From Paramoeba atlantica (taxonomy: Eukaryota; Protista; Discosea), in NCBI GenBank assembly GCA_977017575.1, contig CDRNVI010000060.1, forward strand, positions 248,001-312,000: a stretch of DNA of 64,000 nucleotides, in the 5' to 3' direction. This document shows positions 11,977 through 24,270 of this stretch, piece after piece. The position numbers and the translations under genes were made by a program. Within the stretch, counting starts at the first letter, position 1; each line of letters starts with the position of its first letter. The notes beneath the pieces were generated by a model, which saw nothing but the letters and a program-made list of their open reading frames with translations, did not search any database and was not told the DNA's origin.

Positions 11977-12936
11977 CTAGGCCGGCTCAACCTGAAGGCA
12001 TGTATGGTATGCACTGAATCCAACCAATGATGCAGGAAAAACAGACTTATTAATTTTACCACGCAATTCTCTATTCCTGCTCAAGTCCAGATTTTCTAAT
12101 TTTGTCGGCAAAGTGCCGAGCTTTTCCAATTCTTCAAAGCGATTGCTAGATAAATCAATTCGGAATAAATTTTGCGGCAAGTACGAAAGGTTGATGTGCC
12201 CAGAAAGTTGGTTTCTACTAAGACGTAGTTTAGTCATATGCGGCGGCAAATGCGTGAACTCAACACACCCTTCGAAATGATTGCAGGACAAGTCAAGATT
12301 CTTCAGCGAGCCCGACAAAGAAACCAAGTTTATACCTCCTGAGAGAAGATTTCCTGAAAGGTCTAAATGGACTATGCCTGGCGGCAAATGGACTAAGTCA
12401 ATGGGGCCTGAAAACTGATTCGAATGGGCGGAAAATAGTTTTATATTCTCCGGGAGGTGCCTTAGCTCCAACGACCCGCTGAAGGTGTTATCATTGAGAT
12501 CAAGGTGGATCAATTTTGATGGAAGTAAATTCAGTGCAAGGTGCCCTGTGAGCTCATGTCCCCCAATCGAACAATCAACCACGGTACGGGGGAAATACCC
12601 CCACTGTAGTGAGCCGGAGAAAACGATGTGACCGTGCCACGTCCAGAAGCTTTTCCACTGAAGCTTTCTGACCAGCAGGTCTGTGTCGCATATGACGCCT
12701 TCCCACTGACACGCAGGCGTTGAAGGCTTCCATGAGGGGTGCGGGTTTTGAATATGAGATATAAATCGTACAAGGTCGTATTCTTGGGGCAAGGTGGCAC
12801 CGCGTACTTTAGCGGTACGCACACTCGAGAGTGCGGTTTGTGGCGTCTCGTCAGGTTCCGGAGAAATGTAGTCAACTCGATGACACTTTGACGGTGATGA
12901 TTGTGTGTCCTCGAGATGGAGTCTGAGACCGAACAT
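11977..12936 (-). CDS. Leucine-rich repeat protein with a Cys/Trp N-cap
   Basis: Cap NPHPSW..ACQWEGVICD followed by about 9 LxxLxLxxNxFxGxI repeats; first ATG at 12936 (the ORF track starts at a TTG). Confidence 0.9.
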   Translation of the reverse strand: MFGLRLHLEDTQSSPSKCHRVDYISPEPDETPQTALSSVRTAKVRGATLPQEYDLVRFISHIQNPHPSWKPSTPACQWEGVICDTDLLVRKLQWKSFWTWHGHIVFSGSLQWGYFPRTVVDCSIGGHELTGHLALNLLPSKLIHLDLNDNTFSGSLELRHLPENIKLFSAHSNQFSGPIDLVHLPPGIVHLDLSGNLLSGGINLVSLSGSLKNLDLSCNHFEGCVEFTHLPPHMTKLRLSRNQLSGHINLSYLPQNLFRIDLSSNRFEELEKLGTLPTKLENLDLSRNRELRGKINKSVFPASLVGFSAYHTCLQVEPA

Positions 12937-13035
12937 CGCGAATTTGACACAGGAAAGAAAATGTAATATAGGAATGTATGGGAAAAAAGACTTTCGAGGA
13001 CCGTGAAAGTAAGAGATACAGGAACGCAAGGTGTA

Positions 13036-13366
13036 CAGTGCGGGGCTTTATTACGGGACGGGTTAATTAAGGGACACCCCCCATCAGGGCCAAAGTGTCC
13101 CGTAATTAACCGTCCCTTAATTCTCCGTTTTGATTTCTAAGCCTCTACTATACCTTTTTCTTTCAATTATCTTCCTTTATGTATCTCCTTTTTGTTCAGT
13201 TATCTTACAAATACATTTTTATGTGTGCCTGATAACTTGCGCGCTCTGTGACTTGTACGCTACACTTGTAGTTTTCTTGTCCCATTCCAAAAATGACCCC
13301 ACTCCTATATTGTCCCTTAAATACCTGTCCCGTAATTAAGCCGTCCCGTAATAACACCACGCACTG
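13036..13366. mobile_element. MITE, 331 bp, ~40-bp TIRs starting CAGTG, TA duplication
   Basis: cagtgcggggctttattacgggacgggttaattaagggac ... gtcccgtaattaagccgtcccgtaataacaccacgcactg, TA on both sides; lies ~100 bp upstream of the LRR start. Confidence 0.85.
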
Positions 13367-14619
13367 TAAAACGGCGCTTCAGTTGCAGAAGCCTTTGCTT
13401 ACTGGAATACTAATAGCCTTTGCATATTCAATGGTCAGTTTCCTTTCATTCCCCCCTTCAAAGTGGCGTGGGGCACATGTCTCCTACATTTCTATTAAGA
13501 AACAACGGATGTTCAAATTCCGTGCGGTTCAAATTCCTCATTCTGTCTTCCAAACCATTTTACCCCCTCACACCTGAGGGGCTGCGGGTGAGGCCCAAGA
13601 CAAGATCGCGCGAGATCTCTCGAGAGCGGATTTGGCTCGGGAAGGTGGTTGAACGACCTCAAAACAGGGTCATACCCGAAGCCTCTCATCTACATAAGAA
13701 CTCTCCCTCATCTACGAATATAACAACTACGATACATCTATTGTCAACCCCCTACATATTTCCCATGGTATTACTTAATGTACTACAATGTATATCCGTG
13801 ATACTTTTGTACGTGGTGGAATTGATTTGCACATAAATGCGGCTCATGTGAAACGAGGTCAACATGCGCTTTAGTCTATGTTGAAAAAAACCACCGCATT
13901 TAACGAAACCACGAATTGAGTGCTCAGTGAATTTTAAGTATTTTTCTTCCCTTTTTAAGGGACAAACAAAATTTTCTTCCCCACTTTCGCCCCTCCCGAA
14001 AAAAAAGGCTCCCCCCCAAAAAAATTCTTCACCCAATTTTGTCTCTATTAAAGGGGGGTCTGAGGGGGGGTCTCTATCAAACGGGGAGCACACTAGGTTC
14101 AACACACTAACTAAGTTGAAATTTTTTATCTCTACTCAAAACTTTAAAACTCCCCAAAACTGTGAAATATTTGAAAAAATCGAATTTTGCTTTAATTTAC
14201 CCGAAATTGGAAACACCTACAGAGGATATACGAGAGACCAAGTAAAACCACAGAAAAACTTAGATCCGACGAATAATTAAAACGGTGCTGTGGACGAATT
14301 TCAACACAGAATTAGCGGAAAGAGAATTTTTACTTGTTGTATTACCGTATCGGACCATACATAGAGTAATGGCTCCGAAGACTTTCTTCCTTCGTGTCGG
14401 TAAACGTCTTTCATTTCAACAAAATATTTTTTCATAACATTGAGACATTTTTTAACGTCACTGTGTATTAAGCTCCTCCAAGTATCGCCCCAGACCAAGC
14501 ATGTATACCTCAAGCATTTAATGGCAATCGTCCAACGTCTGGACCGACATCGTCTTTGCAAAATGTTCTCGAAGACGCTAATAAGACAGGGGGCGGCAAT
14601 CCCAAGGCGGCAAGCCGCA

Positions 14620-15750
14620 CCAATCACGAAGAAGAAGAACAAGCCGGGTTACAGTACTGGAATTCCTCCTGAAGATTCTTCAGCGCAGGCGTTTGCACGC
14701 TTTCTTGAAGCTTTTAAATGTAAATCCCGAAGACGTCGTCGAGAGACACAGCTGGAAGAATTGGCTACGCAGGCTGCAAGGATCTGGGAGATTATTCGGG
14801 TGCCTCCACTTTCCCCAATGTGTACTTGGTGTGTAGGGTTTGTATGTGTCATGACGTGTCGTGGCGTTGTGAATGTTCCACAAATTGTTGCCGCCGTGCG
14901 TTGTGTGAGAATATCATGGCCTATTCCAGAAACCAACGTGCCCTGAGCATGAAGATCACATGGTTCGCATTGCAGGCTGGCCCAGTGATGTCGTGATGTG
15001 CAGTTACCATGAAATATCAGCGCAAAGCAGCTGCAGGCGAAAATTTTAAATTTCCATGTTTCATGACATTTCTCACTACCAGAACTCACATGACACGACG
15101 TTTGCTTTTGAGTTTGTGGGAGGACATAGCAAATACCTTGAGCCCCGGACAAATCAGTAGGAACCGTGGTTTGCGCCAGGACATGGCGCACCAAGATTCT
15201 CCACGACGTAGGAAATGCCACCCTTCATCAAGAAGAAAATGCAAACTATGAGCTCTCAGAAGTTCAAGTTGATAAAACTTACGTTGGCAAAACGAAACAT
15301 AACCGCGGAAGACGACAACCAAAAGAATGCTGGTGGCTTGTGACCATTTCCGAGGTGATTGGACGGAAAAGTGGAAGAACCCACTGGAAATTGGTGAAGA
15401 CTCGTGCGAAGGCTACCTTGGAGAATTTTATTCTGACAAGAGAACGCTCCCTCGTGGTTTTTGATTGTTGGAGTGGTAGGTTGATTTTGGGAAATGTTGC
15501 AGATGCATTGCTCTTAATCATAGTAAGGAGTTTGTTGTGGCCCACGGGTACCATACAAATATTGCCGAAGGCGTGAAGAGTACGATCAAAGGGTGAGTAA
15601 AGCAGCAGCATCACGTATTCGGAATGATTTCGATGGACCTGAAAAGGAACGTTGCACTTCAGTGCATCAAGCTTCGATCCTTCCCTAATCAGTAGAGAAA
15701 CGCGTGGCAAATTCGGGCTTGGGACAGGTGACAAGCGTATTTACAGAGTC
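14620..15750 (+). mobile_element. Decayed Merlin (IS1595/ISXO2-like) transposase, copy a
   Basis: QAFARFLEAF, CPEH, EVQVDKTYVGKTKHNRGRRQ, GRTHWKLVK, VVFDCW, NHSKEF, HTNIAEG, RNVALQC spread over several frames; boundaries approximate and no TIRs found. Confidence 0.85.
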
Positions 15751-16324
15751 CCTGACAATGAGCGATTTTGGTAGCCCTAGCTATAATAAAGGGTATCCCC
15801 TGAAATGAACGGCGTAGAAGGTTAGTCGAGGTCCCAAAAAAGGTCTCAAAAGAGAATAAGTGACATATTTTTTTTGAAAGGGGACGTTGTTTACCATTTT
15901 CGACGGACGAAAACAGGGAAAACATAAAGAAGAACACAGTAATATAATAGAAAGAAAAATATTAATTAGGGCCCCGGTGGTCCAAAAGAAGACCCAAAAA
16001 GGGAAGAAAATGGGAGTCCATGCTCGGGCCTATGGAGGGACGGTGTATGGGGGGTCTGTGGGGCGATACGCACGAAATGTTTAGAAGAGCCCATTTTTCG
16101 TCGTTGTATGACTGCCGCTCTACCCTAGATTACTGAAACGTATTTGCTTCTCAATCATGTTTCGTTCAATCAAACATTTACATTTTACAAATATTCAACC
16201 TGCTTTTCAATTGCTGTACAAATACGTCTTCTGCATTCGCTCCTGTACACACTTACTACGTGAGTCCATTACTTCGGTGACCATAAATTTCTTTATTTCT
16301 CGGGGTGTTGATCTTCTTTTTAAT

Positions 16325-16398
16325 CTCCGACAAGTAGAACGAGTCGCATTGCATGATGAAGCAATCACGACCAGCTGGTTGTCGTTTGACTTTCCCTA
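16325..16398. repeat. Dispersed ~70-bp repeat, copy 1 of 3 (others 32715-32776 and 33092-33167)
   Basis: ctccgacaagtagaacgagtcgcattgca...caatcacgaccagctggttgtcgtt shared by all three copies. Confidence 0.85.
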
Positions 16399-17010
16399 AG
16401 AGACTTGCCTAGACCTTACGTTTTCCCACACGTTGTATAAAGTTTATACTACTCCCACCTACTAATTAATTAGTTTTAATAATGATAAATACAAACAATT
16501 TAATATTTTTATTGCACCCCCCTAGTCATCTGTCATCTTTTCACTAAAATCTCATCAAAATATTATTATGCCATGCTTTCATATCAGATAATGGATACAA
16601 ATACGTCTCCTTCCTTCGCTCCTATACACAATTACTGCATGGGTCCATTAATTCGGTGACCATTAGTTCGACACATTAATACGGTATTTGTTATACTTTA
16701 CTCAGCAGTCCCACTCTAAAAAATGTTCAAATTCGTATTAAATCATGTGTTAGGTATTGCTAGCAGCTAAGGAAAGAAATAAAAGCTTATCCATGTATGA
16801 AAACAAAAGCTTATCCATGTACGTACAGGTAAACTAATCAAAGGGTCCACTTAGCATACTTGGGTGTGTAGCATGTTAAAAAAACACTTCTTAATCGCCT
16901 CCAAATCTTAACCGTCTCCATAACGCATATTTGCGATGAAAAAAAGTTAGCGATGCAGGAAGATATGAAGTGCGAACAACACCCCCAAGCTCTTTATTTC
17001 CGTTCATATA

Positions 17011-18568
17011 CAGGAGTGAAAATCCCATGGTGGGGGGGTCTAAAATTCGTAAAATTTGTCCAATTTTGGAAAATAATAGCGCGTTCGAGAGCTCTCGCAG
17101 AGTTGTATGTTTTAAGATAGGCAGTTTGCGGGGGTTAGGGGGGTACCCCCCTTTGATGGAAGGGTCAAAAACACGATTTGCAAATTTGAAAAACTGTAAA
17201 AAATGGTCAAAAATTACCCTTAATACCCACAGGAAGACCCGTTTCGCTCAATAACGATGCGACAACGCTTGCGGAAACTGCTCATCGTGTTAATACATTC
17301 TTGCTTGCGTTCTGATTGTAATCTTTCGAACGCTGTCTCAATGGCCGATACTAATTCAGCCCGATTCTTGGGTCGAAGATCATTTTTGATCCTGTCCATG
17401 GTCCCCCAAAGGTTTTCAATGGTGTTTAAATCGGGGGATTTTGCAGGCCAAGAGAGTACAATAATACCTTCGTTGCGAAAGGTTGTTCGCGCAGAATTAT
17501 GAACAGGACAATTATCCATTGCAACGACCCCAGATGGGTGGCGCCTCAAATAATTTAAAAGTCCTTTGCGCTTCTTCAAGGCGTCATTGAAAACATCCCC
17601 TGTTACAGTTACTTTTCGGCCGGAAGGGTCGTGGGAGGGAAAAATGTGTAGATGAAATCCATGATTTAAACTGACCCCCATCCACACCATGACGCCGTTC
17701 CCTCCATATCAAGGTTCTAGCTCTCCCTGCTGTTTCTTGGCGGGGTCAGTCTTCCGGCAAAGGTAAGTAATTTTGTTTCGTCCCCTACCGCAAGTGAACT
17801 TCTTCTCATCGCAGAAAACAATTTGTCTCAGTTGGGTATCTGACCAAGTGAGCATCTCAGAACAAAAATGCACTCGTTTCCTCTTGTGTTCATCGGTCAG
17901 TGCGGGCTTTCTTTTTAAAGTTCGCATGATCATACCATGGCTCTTCATGGCGTTAACCAAAGTTGGTCTTGAACACTGAAATCCAAGAGAAAGCACAACT
18001 CTATGGAGTGCACACCAGTTCTCAATCCCGTACGGGAGGTCACGGTATCCCTCATCAATGAGGCGGATAGCTGCTTCGTGCAGCGCAGGGGTACTGACAG
18101 GAGATGGGCGTGAAATAGGAGAGCTTTCCACGTCTCCAGTGTTCTCATAGCGTATCACAAGACGTTTTACTGTATTTTCGTGGACGCCGAAGTTTTGGGC
18201 TGTCCGAGAATAGGACCCTGTCTCAAGATAATCTGAGACAAGAAGCATACGGTGACTTGGTATCACCCGTGCGGGGGAGGAATAGGACCTGTCGCTGAGT
18301 ACACCACGGGAGGTTCGGGAACGAATCCGTTTCTGGGGCATATAGTGCTAATATTGACTGAAAAACAGCTAAAAACTGAAAAAACGTAAATTTGGGCAAG
18401 AAAAAAAATCATGATTTTTTTTGTCTCATCGTTTCATGTTGAGTCACAGGCCGCAAATAGTGCTAAAACATACAACTCTGTGAGAGCTCTCGAATGCGCT
18501 ATTACTTTCCAAAATTGGATAATTTTTACGAATTTTAGACCCCCCCCACCACGAGGTTTTCACCCCTG
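17011..18568 (-). mobile_element. Full-length Tc1-like transposon (1558 bp), transposase 18341-17220 with one in-frame TGA, DD32E
   Basis: ~100-bp TIRs of the same family as 8738-10316, TA on both sides; the 210-aa and 156-aa ORFs are in one frame, separated by TGA at 17709-17711; FCDEKKF, MDNCPVH, WPAKSPDLNTIENLW. Confidence 0.95.
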
Positions 18569-19841
18569 TATGTATGTTATCATGTAGAAAATATTCTACA
18601 GAGATTAGACGGTGAATATGGGAGTTCCATATTACGCGCACAAAACGCGTTGAAATCACCTGACAGTCAGCGACTCACTCCCCAGAACTAACCTCCATCC
18701 ACTGTTTGTTCTCGCGGTGCTGGAAAATTATGAAACTTCCCCGGAGAGCGCTAGTGGTCATATTTCGGCGACACACTGCAACCGCTTCTTCATTTCCCAT
18801 GAAGAGAGAGTTGAGCGTTCGGGCCGACATATGCCGTTTGCCTCTCGCTCCCACCTCGAAGACGAGTAGGAATGTGGTAGGATGGTCGAGTTTTCTAGAG
18901 TGATATAAACTCGTGTACTTTTCAATTTTGCGCTCGTGTGCGAACTCAAAGTTCTCCTCCCAAGGGCAGGTAAGTTCTATAATGTATTCTTCTCCGTTAG
19001 ATAGTTTCACCCATCCGTCAGGACGTAGCTCAGTATCAAGGTTCGTGAGCCACGCGGGGGTGGAGCGGAAGTGGGGGAGATCGAAGTGACATTGACTAGT
19101 GGAGGAGAATCGTTGTACGGAGTTCGCTAATGCCTGTAGTACCATGTTATGCCGTAGGGTATACCTCCCTTGTTCGAGTGACTTCCTACAACCAGATAGA
19201 ATATGCCGCGTAGTTTGTGTGTCGGTGTCACAGATGGGACATTTATCGCTCGCATGTGTCGATACGCCCCACCTACGAAGAGATGCCCTGGTTGGGAGCG
19301 GCGTCTCGGTAAGCACTGAGGATGTGAACCGCGAAAGCGATTCACTCTTGAGGTTGCATAGGGCGGCGGCGAAGTCTCTCGCAAGGTCTGCTTCCGTTGC
19401 GATTCTGAACCATCGTCCTGCTACGGCAGTACGCCGTTGGACGGCTTCCGTGAGGTGTCGCTCGTATTCGCTTCCAAGGAGTCTTCGGACGTTACTATGG
19501 CTTGTACTGTGCATATCCGTCGGCGGGCGAATGTATCCTGCTCTCCTTTTGTTCGCTTCTCGCCTGATGCGCTCACATAAAGCGTGCTGGACCTCGGGAT
19601 CACGCGATTTATCCATTTGTTCCATTGTCCCCACAGTGGAAAGAAGCCAAAATTTTGACAGGCTCATGAGATTCCAGCCATGTTCTGAATAGAGCAGCTC
19701 ACTAGTTGCAGACTTCGCTACGTTTAACCATTTCCGAATTTCGCGTGTGGCGCATCGCTGTAGACGAAGTACGTGATTGAAGGTAAGGCATGAGTTCACG
19801 ACGAAGGAATACCGCAGACGAGAGATGATGCCGTTATTGTA

Positions 19842-20588
19842 CAGTAGTTTCAGTTGATCTTGCCCCCCCTCGGAATTTTGATTTTTTTTATGCGTTTATG
19901 CTTATCTTTGCAGCATTGGAGAGATCTCGTTCCCCTAGCGAAGGGCTTTGCCGCCTGTTTTTCATAGAGACCCCCTGGTTCCCCCTGGGTCCAAAAAACA
20001 CTGTTTTTAAGAACGTTTTCTGTGTACACAACTATTTTTTGCCACATTTTCCCGATTTTCTGCATATTTTGCACTTGTAAGTACGAGTGATAGCGTTCTA
20101 AATTGATAATTTGAAAGCTCTATGTCTAGTACCCTCTCTATTGCCTAGTTCAATTTAGTCAACACCTCTACATTATGAAGATCAGACCCTCATACCCCAA
20201 ACAGGGGGAGTACGTCGAACAAAGTAATGGCAAAAGAGAAGACAACTCCACAATGTGTGCGACACAATTGAATTCGATCCCAAATAGACTTCGAAGCGTG
20301 TTGCAAAACAATGGAAGCCATTCCGGATACTAGTTCTTTGCCTTCAGAGTTAACTTTTGGACAGAAAATCCGTTTTTTGCTCTATTTTTCATTGGTAAAA
20401 AAATGTCATTTGTTTTTATTTTGGTCAACTTTCGGGTCACCCAGGGGGCACCAGGGGGTCTCTATGAAAAACGGGCGGCAAAGCCCTTCGCTAGGGGAAC
20501 GAGATCTCTCCAATGCTGCAAAGATGAGCAAAAACGGATAAAAAAAATCAAAATTCCGAGGGGGGGGCAAGATCAACTGAAACCACTG
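19842..20588. mobile_element. Tc1 internal-deletion derivative (747 bp, ~148-bp TIRs starting CAGT) inserted in the retrotransposon
   Basis: Long TIRs cagtrgtttcagttgatcttgccccccc...; TA duplication; removal restores ARLWIY-NNGIISRLRYSFVV; internal remnant NSIPNRLRSVLQNNGSHSGY* is a Tc1 C-terminus. Confidence 0.92.
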
Positions 20589-22969
20589 TATATCCACAGG
20601 CGCGCGGGAAGGTCATGTGCGCTGGAAGATATATTACGCAACCAGGCTCGCAGACGGGTTCGTAGTTTTAGAAAGAGTGTCTTGCCTTGTTGAGCACCGG
20701 GTGCGAGCGTCATGCCTAAAAATGTGCTACCATTATCACATATGTGTGGGATAGGTGACGTGCCGGTCATGATCTGTGGTCGGCGTGTCATATATCCAGA
20801 GTCTTGCGTCATCGCCATGTGTTGCAGCCGGCATTTTTTCACGTTTAGTTTCATCCCAATATCGCTTAGAACTTTGACGAGTGCGTTTGTAGCATTCTGC
20901 ATTTCCTGGGGGGTATTTGTCAGAATAGTGAGGTCATCTGCGAAGGCTTTTAGAAAAATTTCTTTCGCATTCCACGTGATCCCGTATTCGGGGCAACTTG
21001 AACGGACAAAACGCAGAACTAGCTCCATCGCCAAGTTGAATAAAATAGGCGAAAGCGTATCTCCCTGCAATACGCCACGACCTATCTCAATAGACTTCGT
21101 GAGTCCTTCTGCACATTTAATTTGTATAGACGCTCGTTCGTACAGCGCTTTGATGTAGTTAATGAGGATCGGTGAGACGCGCGCCCATTTTAAGGCCTGA
21201 AATAAAATTGTATGGGGTATAGATCCAAACGCGTTTTTGATATCAAACTGGGCAAGCACGTATTGCCTTTTGTGGCGCCGCTGGTGCTCGAGGAGCTCGC
21301 AAAGGACCTGGGTGTGCTCAACTGTCCCATTCATGTGCGGCAAGAAGCCTTTTTGTATTGTTGTGTCCAGGGCATTGGAATCCAGGGAATGCTGAAGGAT
21401 ACGGTGACTGAGGATTGAGTGGAAAAGCTTCCCAATGCAGCTAGTCAAGCTTATCGGCCGCCAGTTTTCCATACTTGAGGTGGGGCCCCCTTTGTGGATA
21501 AGTCGAGTGACCGCAGTTTTCCAGGTTGGAGGGCATACACCAAATTTTAGGACATCATTGAACACCTGTGCCATGTGAGTAAAGACAGGGGCGCAGCGCT
21601 TTAGCAGCGCGTTCGATACAGTGTCCGAGCCTGGGGCAGCCCCAGAGCGACGGCTGCTGCGATCATGTCTGAGTCAATATCTGACCATTGCATCTCATCA
21701 AGGGGAATTGGTTTCGTAAATTCTGCGGGAGGAATCTTGTGTATCTCTTCTGGCCTAGACATTGAGCCCACAAAGAATCTTTCAACCTCCTGTACAGGAA
21801 CTGTGGGGTAGGACGTCTCAGTTTCTGAGGTAGATGGGTCGACGCGATCTAAGCATTCGCCGGCGGCTGTCCAGGGATTTCGCTGGAATCGCGTAAGAGC
21901 CCACCGTCGATCGATTTCTTTCCTCTGCATACTGGATTCTTCCATGTACTGCTTAGTGCCTTTTCGGCTTCCTTTATTTCCCCTCGTTGCTTGTTTCTCG
22001 CAGGACCCTTCATGAACGTTAGCGCACGTTTAAGTTGTCGAACGTGTTGACTGAGTACTTTCACTGTGCGTTCAATGGCTAAGGGTCGTGAGTTTCTTCG
22101 GGCTCTGCCAGTTCTGGTCCGTATAAGAAAGCCGTGCGTCGGATCGTTTTCCCGTGCGGCCTCGAATGCAGTTACAGCGAGGATTGCTGAGAGTATTTCA
22201 GCTTGCGACAGGGCGTCCTCTTTGTTTCGCGCCAGGTGGATATACGAGTTGCAGCGTTCCTCGATCTTCGCAATAATACTCTCCCACTGTTCCTCTGTGA
22301 AACGGACTAGAACGCGACCTCCATTTATTGTGCGGAATGTTTCGAGTAGGTTCTGCAGTTCAGGGAGAGGTCGGGTAGCCGGGACTTGCCTGACACGAGG
22401 GATGCGCTGCAATATCGTGTGTTCGCAGTTTCCTTCTGGTGGGGGAGGTAAAGGTAAGGGCAGAGGCGTGGGATCTGTTGCGGACTGCACAAGGGGTAAA
22501 GAAGGTGAGGAGCGGCGTACAGAAGGAGAATCATGTTGCGGGGCGTGGACAAGTGGTGCATTCCGCACAGGGCTCAGTATTGGACTCGAGCGATTCGAGG
22601 GGTTGATGTGAACTGGGGGGTAGGTTGTTGCGCGTGGAGGGGGCGGTAGTGAAGCTTTTGCGGCGCGTTCCGCATCACCCATTGCAGGGCACAGTATATT
22701 TCTCGTGGTCCAGCATATGGCAGAGTACGCTACTTCAGCGACTTTGAGGAGAACTCCTTTCTGGCAGCATTGATGTTTACATGTTGCCTTGTCCTTACTT
22801 TTATGAGCGCAGTTGCGACGAGGCGCTGTTGGGGCAGGGGTGTTGTTGTCATTGCTGGTGTGCAGGTCTGGAGAGGTACGGACGGGTTCGCGGAGTACAA
22901 CCTCCGTGCTAGGTTGTATGACACCATTTTTGCAACATCGATGCTTGCACTGAGCTTTGTTGTTACATA

Positions 22970-23104
22970 CAGGGCGTTCTCGAGCGTTCTGAATACGCCA
23001 AAGACATACAACTCTGCGAGAGCTCTCCAATGCGCTATTGTGTTCCAAAATTAAACAATTTTTACAAAATTTAGACCCCTCCCAGATGGAAGTTTTCACC
23101 CCTG
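22970..23104. mobile_element. 135-bp derivative of the DD32E Tc1 family: one full TIR plus a 5-bp other end
   Basis: Matches the left TIR of 8738-10316; the other end is only caggg; TA on both sides; removal restores RPCRHICNNKAQCKHRCC in frame. Confidence 0.88.
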
Positions 23105-24270
23105 TATGTGCCGACAGGGGCGATAATTGACTTCATTGGTTGATGTTTGTGTGTGGTGTGTGGCGTCATCCATGTATCCTAGTGAGGGCGGATTTACGGT
23201 CGGGAGCTCCGGATCCCTGACCTCTTCGAAGTGTCCGATGTCTGGTGTGGTATGCTGATCGGTGTCTATGGATAAGTCTGCTGGTAGTGGACTACTTGCT
23301 CGAGCTATGGGTGGTTCCACGAGGGGTAGCATTGGTTGAGGACTAGTTTGGGCATCTGTAATGGGGACCCCCACTTTGCAACACTTGTGCAGACAATTTC
23401 TTTTGTCGCGGCATGTGTGTTTACACGGTCTTCTGTGAGAAGTGAGGGTTCCATAGGGGCAACGTCCTCCGGAGAGGGAAGAGACACGTTAGGCGGAAGA
23501 GATCCTTCGTGTCGTACTTTGCAACATGCGTGGAGACACGATGTTTTGTCCCGGCATTTATGAGCGCATGGGGCACGTGGTTCGGAATCGTGTTTTGAGG
23601 CATATGATGGCGGTGACACCTTGTAAGAGTCATCTCGGATCCTATAGGGTGCGTCGTAGGTGATCTCTGGGTGACCCCGTAGTAGTTCAATGGGTTGTAT
23701 TTTTCGAGTTACGTGTGTGATTTGGAATTTTCGTAATCCTGGGATGTCACTACCACATAATTTCTTCGTGACCGCTTTGCCGAGCGCGTTCGAAGAGGAG
23801 TACACTGCGTTAAGCTGCCTGAACGAATCCCTGTAGGCGGAACTCCAGCTGGCGTGACAAAACGTGCGACTTGGGTTTTCCGTTTCTTGGTATTTTAGGT
23901 GTTCACATGCGTTGTTTTCAATGACATCTTGAATTGTACACGATTTGATTATCAGACCATCACTTCTTTTGCTTTCCGACTTCAAGGTTTTGCCGATCGA
24001 GGCTTCAGCCGTGTGGACACTCGAGAAGAACTCTCGTTCTGTGAGGGCAATGGCTGCGGCATGCGTGTCTGGGAAATATGACCATGTGACGCTGTCCGAG
24101 GGGCGGATTTTGACGGGCATCGCTCGACTTTGGATGAAGTGAAAGCTCTGGGGATGTCGCTGCGCGCTGACAGGTCCTCCAGGGAGGCCGTCGTGCGCGA
24201 TGGGAGCCGGTGAGGTGACATTGGAGGCCATGCTCCGGAAGATAAAGTTAGTACAAAATTGAAAATAATT

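Noticed and set aside
13508-13540. Two gttcaaattcc B-box-like words suggesting a tRNA or SINE
   Set aside because: No cloverleaf, A-box or T-run terminator could be built.
17709-17711. In-frame stops in several TE ORFs suggesting a reassigned genetic code
   Set aside because: Host genes are stop-free and end at standard stops (RAD51 at TGA), and the TE stops co-occur with frameshifts, as expected from decay.
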